Origin: Macrostomum lignano | Lineage: Eukaryota | DNA length: 64,000 nt | Direction: 5' to 3' | Assembly (NCBI GenBank): GCA_002269645.1 | Contig: NIVC01000346.1 | Location: 1 to 64,000 of the forward strand | In this document: piece by piece, positions 1-41,775 of the stretch | Layout: every line of letters starts with the position of its first letter | Position numbering within the stretch: the first letter of the stretch is position 1 | Program-made: the position numbers and the translations under genes | The notes under the pieces: model-generated | Database searches by the model: none | The model's input: only the letters and a program-made list of their open reading frames with translations | What the model was told of the DNA's origin: nothing

Positions 1-418
1 ATCGAACAATCTGATGAAAGAAAGACAGGCATATGCGATGCTTCAGTCCGGCCTATCTATCCATCTGAGGCCGGGACTGACTGCTTGTGAATTTCTAATC
101 GTGTAGAAAATCGTTGCGTGACAACGAGATTCTCATGCCACACGGAGCACACTTAACAGATTTCGAAAGGGATTGTTAATTTATACATTTTTTCGAGTGG
201 GAACTGCAGATATGAAATGCAGAATCAGTCTGACTGGATAATCGAATACTCCTATAGGGTGTTCAGCCTGGAGTAGATAAATCTAAAAATATTTCGATTT
301 TATCGGTTAGCATTGATTTATAAGCAACTGTCCATTGAAACTTGATTCAACATCTAAAGATGAAGCATTGGTGAAGCTTTCGATGTGTGATTTAAATTTT
401 TGCAAGTGGACTTAGAAC

Positions 419-890
419 AGCATCTTTGATGCAGAACCCTTGATAAAGCATCCTTGATACCACATCCTTGATACAGTATCCTTGATATAGCATCCTTGAT
501 GCAGAACCCTTGATACAGCATCCTTGATACAGCATCCTTGATACAGCATCCTTAATACAACATCCTTGATACAGCGTCTTTTAAACAACATTCTTGATAC
601 AGAATCCCTTAAACAACATCCTTGATACAGCATCCTTGATACAGTATCCCTTAAACAACATTCTTGATACAGCATCCTTAATACAGCATCCCTTAAACAA
701 CATCCTTGATACAGCATCCTTTAAACAACATGCTTGATACAGCATCCCTTAAACAACATCCTTGATACAGCATCCTTGATACAGCATCCTTAAACAACAT
801 CCTTAAAACAACATCCCTTAAACAACATCCTTGATACAGCATCCTTGATACAGCATCCTTGATACAGCATCCTTGATATAGCATCCCTGG
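419..890. repeat. Degenerate ~14-bp minisatellite (CAGCATCCTTGATA)
   Basis: Directly visible tandem units. Confidence 0.9.
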
Positions 891-1265
891 AACATCACCC
901 TAAATATGCTGTGTAAGGCTTATAAACAAGCCCCTTAAACATTTTGCAGTATAGCTGGGATACATCACTGATTCAAATTTTTTCCTCAGCACAGAAGCTG
1001 TTCAACTGTCAAACAGAACCTTGACGGATGGCCACCATGGTCAGAAGTCTGTTTAAAATGCAGCAGACAAACAAAAGATCGAAGACTATTTTTGTACACT
1101 GGGTGCATTGGATCCCCACTGGGACAGCAAATCCCCTTGAAGCTTGGCTTTCAACGCAGTCCCCGTCCCAGGAAACATATTTTTTTCAAAGGACACTCGA
1201 CATTTTGTCCTGGAAAAAGAAGCTAAACCATCGCAAGTAGGAACACATAAACTTGAATTTGCTTA

Positions 1266-2799
1266 ACATGCTTATCAGAGCTAAATGACACATGCTTATC
1301 AGAGCCACATGACACATGCTTATCAGAGCCAAATGACACATGCTTATCAGAGCCAAATGACACATGCTTATCAGAGCCAAATGACACATGCTTATCAGAG
1401 CCAAATGACACATGCTTATCAGAGCCAAATGACACATGCTTATCAGAGCCACATGACACATGCCTATCAGATCCACATGACACATGCTTATCAGTGCTAA
1501 ATGACACGTGCTTATCAGAGCTAAATGACACATGCCTATCAGAGCCACATGAAACATGCTTATCAGAGCCACATGACACATGCCTATCAGAGCCACATGA
1601 CACATGCCTATCAGAGCCACATGACACATGCTTATCAGAGCCACATGACACATGCCTATCAGAGCCACATGACACATGCCTATCAGAGCCACATGACACA
1701 TGCTTATCAGAGCCACATGACACATGCTTATCAGAGCCACATGACACATGCTTATCAGAGCCACATGACACATGCTTATCAGAGCTAAATGACACATGCT
1801 TATCAGAGCCACATGACACATGCCTATCAGAGCTAAATGACACATGCCTATCAGAGCCAAATGACACATGCTTATCAGAGCCAAATGACACATGCTTATC
1901 AGAGCCACATGACACATGCTTATCAGAGCTAAATGACACATGCCTATCAGAGCCAAATGACACATGCTTATCAGATCCAAATGACACATGCTTATCAGAG
2001 CCACATGACACATGCTTATCAGAGCTAAATGACACATGCTTATCAGAGCCACATGACACATGCTTATCAGAGCTAAATGACACATGCTTATCAGAGCCAA
2101 ATGACACATGCTTATCAGAGCCACATGACACATGCTTATCAGAGCCAAATGACACATGCTTATCAGAGCCAAATGACACATGCTTATCAGAGCCAAATGA
2201 CACATGCTTATCAGAGCCACATGACACATGCTTATCAGAGCTAAATGACACATGCTTATCAGAGCCACATGACACATGCTTATCAGAGCCACATGACACA
2301 TGCTTATCAGAGCCACATGACACATGCTTATCAGAGCCACATGACACATGCTTATCAGAGCCACATGACACATGCTTATCAGAGCCACATGACACATGCT
2401 TATCAGAGCTAAATGACACATGCTTATCAGAGCCACATGACACATGCTTATCAGAGCTAAATGACACATGCCTATCAGAGCCAAATGACACATGCTTATC
2501 AGAGCCACATGACACATGCTTATCAGAGCCACATGACACATGCTTATCAGAGCCACATGACACATGCTTATCAGAGCCAAATGACACATGCTTATCAGAG
2601 CCAAATGACACATGCTTATCAGAGCCAAATGACACATGCTTATCAGAGCCACATGACACATGCTTATCAGAGCTAAATGACACATGCTTATCAGAGCCAC
2701 ATGACACATGCTTATCAGAGCTAAATGACACATGCCTATCAGAGCCAAATGACACATGCTTATCAGAGCCACATGACACATGCTTATCAGACCCAAATG
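1266..2799. repeat. 24-bp minisatellite ATGACACATGCTTATCAGAGC(CAC/CAA/TAA), ~64 copies
   Basis: Visible; explains the 8-aa periodic ORFs in several frames. Confidence 0.97.
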
Positions 2800-3891
2800 A
2801 AATTTTGAGAGAACTAAGAGAACTAAACATACCAATACTCGTAGTTAACAGTCATCATTAACATAATGCGGCTCGAAAACTTGACACTGCAAATAATTTC
2901 TATCGCCCAGAGGCTCGGACACATCTTGTGACTTCAAACATTGCCTGAGGCTTGAACGAATATGTAAATTATAAACGACTGGCTTAATCCCTGGAACGTG
3001 ACAAACCCAGGTCAACTAAGGGTTGGTTCTGTTTGACAGGAGAAAAAACTCAATTCACTCCTCGTTAGCTTCGAGGCTTTCTCGCGCTGTTATGCAGCCT
3101 TAGTTACCTACAATGCATTGATTTCACGCACGATATGAGATACAGCTAGGGATATCCAATATCAGAATGTTATAAACTCGGCTTTAGCTGAGGAGATTTC
3201 ACGCATAGATCCGAGCCTTATCAATTCCTTTCCACGACAAGAAATTCGCTGACAAAAACACGGTAAGATGGTAAAAAGACGGTAACTCAATCAGCAAGTT
3301 GGCTAAATTTTACTCGATGTATATGCTGACAAGCTACATGGACAAGGCAGTGGTGAGAGGCTCTGTTAGAGACGCGAAATGCGAATCTGTCTGTTACTTA
3401 TTGACTGAACCTCTTCTTGCACAGGACTCTTGTAGATAGAATAGAATCTTGACCAATTAATGCGTGTGGAATTTGAAGGTAACCCATAGCTAGCCTTATG
3501 GTTTTGTAGCATCTCAAGAATATCTACCTTTTCTAGTCGTTTGACTCTTCTTTCGATTCAAAGCTACAAAGCTTTGTTCATTTTAAGAATTTTCTGCTTC
3601 GACGATGTCAAAAACTGGATTTAGTATTCTACAAATCTGAAATTTAAAAGCTTTTAGGACCCACAGTCACATGATGGTTGTTTACCGTTCAATAGATTAT
3701 CCCTTAGAACTAATAGTATTTAATCCTATTCGAGTTTTGTCATTTAAAGTTCTGTTGTGGCAGGATTACAGCTTGCCCGACTTCGCTAACGTAGGTTTTC
3801 TTTACGATTTTCGTGCAGAAAATGCAGAGATTGCCAATGGTTGAAAATTGATCAAGCTCGGCTCTGCTAACCGCATTTAATCGCCCCTCAG

Positions 3892-4801
3892 GCGTCCGTC
3901 ACCCGATGCTTCGGCGCCGGATCTGTACAAAGCGCAGCGCCCGCCGCATCATCTTCATCTTGGTCACCAACAGCTACGCCCTCTGCCTATGGAAGCCGTT
4001 TATGCACGTCACCCAGCGTTTGAACGCCAACGTCACCGCCTGCTTGCCGCGTCCCGGGGCCAACGTTGAGCTGTTCGTGCTGGACACAGCCTATGCTGCC
4101 CTGCTGACCGTCATCCCGTCCGCTATCATATTCGTCTTCAACGCGCTGATCGCTCGTCACTTGCTGATTGTCCGCCGTTCTCGATCGTGCACCAATCACG
4201 ACGTTGTCGGGCACCAGTTCGCCTGTCTGCTACTGGTCGTGTCGTCCACTTTTCTGCTCCTGACTTGGCCCTACTATCTGATCTGGATTGTCAGCTTTGT
4301 GGTGAAGTTTCGCATCCGCACCGGCCTGACCGACAGCTACCTGACAATCGACGGAGGTGACGGATTAAGCAGGGCCAATACGGCAGCGCCATGACCATCA
4401 CGAAGACCATCTACTACCTAACTTACAGCGTCAACTTCTTTCTCTATTCCTACGCTAGCACCTACTTCCGCAAGGAGATGAAGCGAATGTTCACCGTGAA
4501 GATGAAGCGGGACAAGGCTCGCCGATTCTATCAGCATGGCAGTCAGGAGGGCCCGACGGAGCGGTTCAACTTCACCATGAGCCGGCCAAGCAGCGGCGGA
4601 TCCACCTATGCCGGGCTGCTCGACCGCTACAAGAAGATCACCATCCGTCGGATGCCGACCATGCGCAAGCCCACCGAGTCGGCTATCACCGGCGGCGGCG
4701 TCGGTGGCGTCAGCGGCGTCAGCGTCTCCGGTCCCTCATCGTCGTCGCAGGTGGTGGCAGCCCAGATGCACAACTGCCGAGCGATTGAAGAAGCGAATTG
4801 A
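3892..4801 (+). CDS. Rhodopsin-like (class A) peptide-type GPCR, 3' exon (ICL2 to C-tail), interrupted by an apparent 1-bp frameshift at ~4361-4390
   Basis: Acceptor cccctcAG at 3890-3891. Frame reads (G)VRHPMLRRRICTKRSARRIIFILV (post-DRY/ICL2/TM4), TM5 YAALLTVIPSAIIFVFNALI and TM6 LLVVSSTFLLLTWPYY. TM7/helix 8 (IYYLTYSVNFFLYSYASTYFRKEM) lies in another frame (ORF 4391-4801). No TM1-3 exon is visible upstream in the window. Confidence 0.85.
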
Positions 4802-5779
4802 ATCAATAATAAATCAAATAATTGCGGAAAATTTTTTGATTCGGGTGAGCCATTCGGTTTTCATCACGCAGATTGAGTCAAGTTTAAATTAACAAAATCT
4901 TTTCCGTCATTAACGAATTAGTTGAACTATCGAGTTATTTTGTGTTTTTGTTTCTATATTGACGAGTGTTTTACCAGTTTATTTGATTGCTCTTACATTT
5001 TAAAACATCCTGAGAGTTGTAAACTTGTTTGTATGTAGTTGGGAGACTCGAACTTGTTTATATTTCAAATCTTTGCAGCCACATATCGCGATTAAGATCG
5101 AAAGCTGCATTGGAACTTCGATTGTTCTTTGTAACCAAACACACAATAAATCTGAAGTTAATCGCGTATATTTACCATATTTACTTCTATAGTAGCACTC
5201 TGATTCGGCTATTAACGTTATTGTTAATTGTTATAATATAGCACTTGTTTTACTAATTTTGGCACTTCTAACAACCCTGTTTATCTTGCGTATTTGCACC
5301 TGTTAAAAAGCAGAGTGCACCACCACTGAGATTATAATTGAGTCAAGGTTATACTTGTTTTGAATTGACCGCAACTCTATTTAAAAAGTGCATATTGCCA
5401 CGCGTTGCCGTTTTCTAAGAAAATGTACAGAATTTTTCCTCCCAACGAACTTTACCGCTTATGTTTTGATCTGAATGTACGTGTACTGAATTATGCACAA
5501 GTTTTCGATTTTTTTCTGCACATTTTTGTTTATGTTGAAGAGTAATTTTTTCTTGTTTTCTTTCCACAGGCACATAGCGTCGCTATTGTTTTAATGTGAA
5601 GTTCCCCATGTCACAGCGACGTCCAGTACGCAAGTACAATTACACTTGAATGCACCCCGTTATTAGATGTGGCACTTGTGTGCAGCGTCTTTTTGCAACA
5701 AGTTTCAATTATAAATTATTACTATAATAATAAACTTAACTGCAAACTGCACTATAAATGTTGGAAAGGTTCATTGGTA

Positions 5780-6144
5780 AGGGGGCCGTAGCCCAGCGGT
5801 CTAGCGCAGGCTCTGGTGTTCCAGCGACCCAGGCTCGATTCCAAGTGCAGTCACATTAATTTGGGGCTGAATTGGAATCTCTGCTTGGCTCTGTTCGTGC
5901 AATTAACGGCCTTGAGAGCCAACCCCCAAGGCGCAGTGAAGTGTACATGCCTAACGATAAAATAAAGTTAGGGCCGCTGTACACTCCTTTGTGAGTGTGT
6001 ACCTGCGTACGTATCCTTGCGCTTGTATGCCTGCTCAGGGGAGTCGGCGGAATGGGCAGTAATGCCTCTCGCCGGTTGTGTGCCAATGTCGCTTAAAGTG
6101 CGCCAGGGTGCACACAACCCCCCTGCTTCTAATAAAAAAAATAA
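5780..6144 (+). mobile_element. tRNA-derived SINE (family 1), full length
   Basis: A box TAGCCCAGCGG 5789-5799; B box GGCTCGATTCC 5832-5842; A-rich tail AATAAAAAAAATAA; perfect 15-bp TSD AAAGGTTCATTGGTA at 5765-5779 and 6145-6159. Confidence 0.9.
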
Positions 6145-8518
6145 AAAGGTTCATTGGTACCACTGAATAAGTAATTTATGTATCAGAGTTGCTCAGCGTT
6201 ACGAAATATTGGCTAGAGTGGGGGGTGTGCGATTCACACTTGGCCCAAGACACATGTACATGCCTGACCTACCAATCAATAACAATTGCCAAGGCTGAGC
6301 TGCAATAATATCACGGCAGCACAGCAAATCCATGGAGGCACGACAATAGCTTATACAATAGAAAGAATTACTACTACAGCTACTAGCATGCTTAGACGTT
6401 GCTTTCATGCAAAGACAAAAAAGCCAGCAGCATACACATGTAGGCACAGCGGGCCACACCCTGGGTGAAGCATTTATATAATTCTCTCTTCTACTTTGTG
6501 TGAACTGCTCACTGCTCAATACGAGAGTCAGCGCATGCAGAGCGCTAACAGGTAGGTTGGCTGCTCATTCGCGTGGAACGGCCACGCAGATGGGAATGAG
6601 TGAGTTCTGCCTCACTCGCTCAAGCGGTTACTCTCTCGTTCCTATAATTCTCCCCATTTTCCGACATGCGGCCCTCCCCATTCCTGACGAATGCTTTTTG
6701 TTGTAGAAATTCTCTCTACAGTTTTGTTTAAAAAGCGATTTTCAAAAAAAATCACCTCAGGTAGGCTGAGGGGAGGCAATGACGTCAACTTCAACAGGTA
6801 ATTTCTGTCTGACTAAAAAAACGGTAGAATTTCAAGGCTGCACATTTCTTTTTTGTAAAAAATTCTATCTCATATTTTTGGTCATTCGATAATAAAAAAG
6901 TGTGGCGGACCTTGTCTGTCTTCCAAATGATCCCTACAGTATAATGGAAGCAACTCGCCCCCTCGAGTGGCTCTTCAGCTGCGGAACGAAAAAAGACATT
7001 GGCTGGCGCGAGATGCGGTGAGTAGGAAGGAACTTTTTAATAAAATAACCGAAATATGCGAAATTGAATTCATTAGAGAAAGAAGAAAAAATGTGCGCCA
7101 CTTTGAAATGACAAATTAAAATTTTAAATTACTTGAAATTTAAGTTCATTTAAATAAATTTGCTTTGTTATACTTTGTACGCCAGTCGTGTAGCACTGAG
7201 GGCTCATCATGATATACACCCAGTGCTGTTACAAAATTTAGATATAATTATAGAGTATTTCTCTTTATTTCATAGTGTTTGATAAGCAAAAATTTATTTG
7301 CCATCCAAAACTAATAAATATAGAAAATTAAAAACCCAATAGCTACGGATAATATAAATTTAATAACGATTCATTCAAAAGAATCAAATCAGTGATAAGC
7401 GATCTGGTTTCGGCTGCCAAATGTTTAAAACAAACAGTTTTAAAAAATAAATAAGAAATTTCTTTACAATTTTAACATTTTAAGGATATTTTTGAACACA
7501 AAGTGATTAATATCTAACCGTATAGCTGCACATTTAATGTAACTGTATATAATAACAGTATATTTTTATTCATGTTGTCGGATAATATCTGTGCGCCGAT
7601 ATACAGCAATAATTCAGGATCCAATGCCAGAATAAAACTAAAAACACAAAAAACACAGACTTGTAACACAAACAAATGAATAATTAACTAAAAACTGTCT
7701 TAATTTCGTAAGACGATTCTCTTAACGTTAATTTTAGCCGCATATAACACGGGCTGATTTTGGCCAAACGTGCAAAATAACTGAGGAAATCAGTCACTTT
7801 GAACTAGCAATATACTATCAATATTATTCAAACCATTAGGTTAATTTTTGTTTAATACAAACGTCACTCTTGACATAACTAAAAAGCGATCGAATCAGTT
7901 TTAAATTCTGGTCCAAAACTTTCCTATTCAAACAATCGCACTTTTTAATATTGCTCATTGGTTTTAAAAATCGCATTTCAAGTGCAAGAATTCAACCTCT
8001 ATCCATGATTAAAGAGTAATTATTCTCACCTATTCCGAACGCACTGGCCAATACAAAAAATCCTATTATCTATGCACAAATAATAGTTTAAGAAAGCCAA
8101 ATAAAATAAAACTGCGGGGGCTTTTAACACAAATATTTGTTGTAACGAAGACATGGACTAAAACGTTGATTAAATCTTGTACGTCTACAAGTTAATAAAG
8201 ATTAAAGGAAGGTATCTGGTATACGAGTGAACTTCGACCGTAGTCTGTACGAAATGCACAATAAATAATATATCGGTAAACGAGTTCAACACCAAAACTG
8301 AACAAGGGAATACAGAGAAGCATGAGGTTATGATGGAGTTGTTTTGAAGTATTGGTATAACAACAGAGCGTTTTTCCAGGGCACCTGAAACCTACAGGCC
8401 TATTAAATAGGTAAACACCAGTGCAGCAAAACAGCGAAAATAAATTTATTGCAAAAATTGTACATGAATTGCTGTCAATATAAGTTTCTTAACTCCAATG
8501 CACACCTCCGTCTCCAAA

Positions 8519-11217
8519 GATCTCTTACCACTGTACACACCGCTGTCTCAGGAATCTCTTACCCCACTGTACACACCGCTCTCTCAAGAATCTCTTACCC
8601 CACTGTACTCACCGCTCTCTCAAGAATCTCTTACCCCACTGTACACACCGCTGTCTCAGGAATCTCTTACCCCACTGTACACACCGCTCTCTCAGGAATC
8701 TCTTACCCCACTGTACACACCGCTGTCTCAGGAATCTCTTACCCCACTGTACACACCGCTCTCTCAGGAATCTCTTACCCCACTGTACTCACCGCTCTCT
8801 CAGGAATCTCTTACCCCACTGTACACACCGCTCTCTCGGGAATCTCTTACCCCACTGTACACACCGCTGTCTCAGGAATCTCTTACCCCACTGTACACAC
8901 CGCTGTCTCAGGAATCTCTTACCCCACTGTACACACCGCTGTCTCAGGAATCTCTTACCCCACTGTACTCACCGCTCTCTCAGGAATCTCTTACCCCACT
9001 GTACACACCGCTCTCTCGGGAATCTCTTACCCCACTGTACACACCGCTCTCTCAGGAATCTCTTACCCCACTGTACACACCGCTCTCTCGGGAATCTCTT
9101 ACCCCACTGTACACACCGCTGTCTCAGGAATCTCTTACCCCACTGTACACACCGCTCTCTCAGGAATCTCTTACCCCACTGTACACACCGCTGTCTCAGG
9201 AATCTCTTACCCCACTGTACACACCGCTGTCTCAGGAATCTCTTACCCCACTGTACTCACCGCTCTCTCAGGAATCTCTTACCCCACTGTACACGCCGCT
9301 CTCTCGGGAATCTCTTACCCCACTGTACACACCGCTGTCTCAGGAATCTCTTACCCCACTGTACACACCGCTGTCTCAGGAATCTCTTACCCCACTGTAC
9401 ACACCGCTCTCTCAGGAATCTCTTACCCCACTGTACTTACCGCTCTCTCAGGAATCTCTTACCCCACTGTACACACCGCTCTCTCAGGAATCTCTTACCC
9501 CACTGTACACACCGCTCTCTCAGGAATCTCTTACCCCACTGTACACACCGCTCTCTCAGGAATCTCTTACCCCACTGTACTTACCGCTCTCTCAGGAATC
9601 TCTTACCCCACTGTACTCACCGCTGTCTCAGGAATCTCTTACCCCACTGTACACACCGCTCTCTCAGGAATCTCTTACCCCACTGTACACACCGCTCTCT
9701 CAGGAATCTCTTACCCCACTGTACACACCGCTCTCTCAGGAATCTCTTACCCCACTGTACTTACCGCTCTCTCAGGAATCTCTTACCCCACTGTACACAC
9801 CGCTCTCTCAGGAATCTCTTACCCCACTGTACACACCGCTCTCTCAGGAATCTCTTACCCCACTGTACACACCGCTCTCTCAGGAATCTCTTACCCCACT
9901 GTACACACCGCTCTCTCAGGAATCTCTTTACCAATTCACTGTACACACCGCTCTCTCAGGAATCTCTTACCCCACTGTACTTACCGCTCTCTCAGGAATC
10001 TCTTACCCCACTGTACACACCGCTCTCTCAGGAATCTCTTACCCCACTGTACACACCGCTCTCTCAGGAATCTCTTACCCCACTGTACTCACCGCTGTCT
10101 CAGGAATCTCTTACCCCACTGTACACACCGCTCTCTCAGGAATCTCTTACCCCACTGTACACACCGCTCTCTCAGGAATCTCTTACCCCACTGTACACAC
10201 CGCTCTCTCAGGAATCTCTTACCCCACTGTACTTACCGCTCTCTCAGGAATCTCTTACCCCACTGTACACACCGCTCTCTCAGGAATCTCTTACCCCACT
10301 GTACACACCGCTCTCTCAGGAATCTCTTACCCCACTGTACACACCGCTCTCTCAGGAATCTCTTACCCCACTGTACTTACCGCTCTCTCAGGAATCTCTT
10401 ACCCCACTGTACACACCGCTCTCTCAGGAATCTCTTACCCCACTGTACACACCGCTCTCTCTGGAATCTATTACCCCACTGTACACATCGCTCTCTCGGA
10501 AATCTCTTACCCCACTGTACACACCGCTCTCTCAGGAATCTCTTACCCCACTGTACACACCGCTCTCTCAGGAATCTCTTACCCCACTGTACACACCGCT
10601 CTCTCTGGAATCTCTTACCCCACTGTACACACCGCTCTCTCGGGAATCTCTTACCCCACTGTACACACCGCTCTCTCAGGAATCTCTTACCCCACTGTAC
10701 TCACCGCTGTCTCAGGAATCTCTTAACCAATTCACTGTACACACCGCTCTCTCAGGAATCTCTTACCCCACTGTACTTACCGCTCTCTCAGGAATCTCTT
10801 ACCCCACTGTACACACCGCTCTCTCAGGAATCTCTTACCCCACTGTACACACCGCTCTCTCAGGAATCTCTTACCCCACTGTACACGCCGCTCTCTCAGG
10901 AATCTCTTACCCCACTGTACACACCGCTCTCTCAGGAATCTCTTACCCCACTGTACACACCGCTCTCTCAGGAATCTCTTACCCCACTGTACACACCGCT
11001 CTCTCAGGAATCTCTTACCCCACTGTACACACCGCTCTCTCAGGAATCTCTTACCCCACTGTACACACCGCTCTCTCAGGAATCTCTTACCCCACTGTAC
11101 ACACCGCTCTCTCAGGAATCTCTTACCCCACTGTACACACCGCTCTCTCAGGAATCTCTTACCCCACTGTACTCACCGCTGTCTCAGGAATCTCTTACCC
11201 CACTGTACACACCGCTA
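8519..11217. repeat. 36-bp minisatellite ACTGTACACACCGCTCTCTCAGGAATCTCTTACCCC, ~75 copies
   Basis: Visible; 12-aa periodic ORFs; two phase-shifting interruptions (ACCAATTCACTG) near 9930 and 10725. Confidence 0.97.
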
Positions 11218-12351
11218 TAGTAACTTTTAACCACCTGCACCACAGCTAATATTAAATACAACTGTATTGTATCTACAAGAACACTTACCTGACAAATAAT
11301 AACAAAAAATAACGGAGCAAAAAATCACAGAATAAAATGCCGCACAACAGAGAAGGCATCCAACAAGAAGACAAAAGCCAAGATTAATATTAAAGTTAAA
11401 ATTAAAAGCCAAATAAAAGAAGCACGAAGACCAGACACAAAATTCGCGAACTGCTCACGCAGCTGTTTAAACAATTATTACAGTTATAAACGGAAAATAT
11501 TATTTGTGTCGAACACAAAACTAGCGGAGACAGTAAGAATAAACGTGAAAAAACTGTTTAAAAAAGAGCCATATTATTTGTCGAAAACCAAAGCACTTAA
11601 TTTTATTATTTAGAAAGTCGTCGAATGGCTACAGAAAATTTCTTTTTTTATGTTTTCTTCAAAAAATGATGATGTTTGGTGCACGCACTAAAAACTCAAT
11701 AAAAACAGGCTTGTGTTATAAATCAATGAATTAATTTTGTTATATTTTTCTCTGCAATTTAGTTAAAACAAAACGCACAAACCATAAAAAATCTCTACTG
11801 AATATGCGACTTGGAAAAAATACTGAAGAAAACAAACCAGTATAACTGTTTCTGAGTTTGTCTGGCCTAATATTTTACCACCATATCAAACATAGAGAAC
11901 GACACAAAAATAAAAGTTTATAATTTTTTCTCTGAAAAAAATAGACACATAAAACATAACTATAAGACACGGAACAAAGATCACAGGAAAAAACGAAAAC
12001 ACAAAAAATTAACAACAAATCAATCAGGATCGACTTCAAAAGAAGGTTTAGCAAATAAAGCTATTTTTTACACAACAGCCATACGAGGGAATTAAAAACA
12101 CTGATAGATACATTGGAATCGACTGACATTGAAAACGACATTTTCTATAACTTAACTATACTAGCCTTAGACATCGTGTATGCAGGGAGCGTTCGCAATA
12201 ACCGGTCAAACAATGATTGCAATAGCAATGGAAAAAACTTTAATTTAGTAATTACACTTATTGACTGCCGCGTGGCGCTGCAGCTTCAGAATAATAAAAC
12301 AATTAGGAATGCAACTTTCAGCTTTGCCACGACTTTCAGCATTAAATTGTG

Positions 12352-12668
12352 ACTCAATGTACATTCTCGGGGGTAGAGAGGAATCTCGTGCTATTTTGAC
12401 TCTCTGCCCCTCAATGTACATTCTCTGGAATCTCGTGCTAGTCTGAATCTCTCTGCCCCTCAATGTACATTCTCTGGAATCTCGTGCTAGTCTAAATCTC
12501 TCTGCCCCTCAATGTACATTCTCTGGAATCTCGTGCAAGCCTGATTCTCTCTGCCCCTCAATGTACATTCTCTGGAATCTCGCGCTAGTCTGATTCTCTC
12601 TGCCCCTCAATGTACATTATCTGGAATCTCGCGCTAGTCTTATTCTCTCTGCCACTCAATGTACATTC
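12352..12668. repeat. 49-bp tandem repeat, ~6 copies, just downstream of the FNDC3 stop codon (probable 3' UTR)
   Basis: TCTGCCCCTCAATGTACATT at 12403, 12452 and 12501. Confidence 0.92.
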
Positions 12669-12785
12669 TTGGCCAAGTTGCAAGCCTAGACTAGAATTAG
12701 ACACAATAAAATTACTGCAGATAATTCGACAGAACAAATAAACCAATGTAAAGTAGTCGCGAATGCCCAATCTCAAGCAACAAGC

Positions 12786-41775
<28,990 letters not shown>

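Noticed and set aside
1186-2861. Cys/Met-rich 8-aa repeat ORFs
   Set aside because: 24-bp minisatellite open on both strands.
5781-5855. Functional tRNA gene (also 13525-13594)
   Set aside because: Only the A/B boxes are retained, the acceptor and anticodon stems are poor, and both continue into SINE bodies with TSDs.
8449-11220. 923-aa and 742-aa periodic ORFs resembling mucin or surface repeat proteins
   Set aside because: 36-bp minisatellite; the repeat frame changes at the interruptions; no signal peptide or unique domain.
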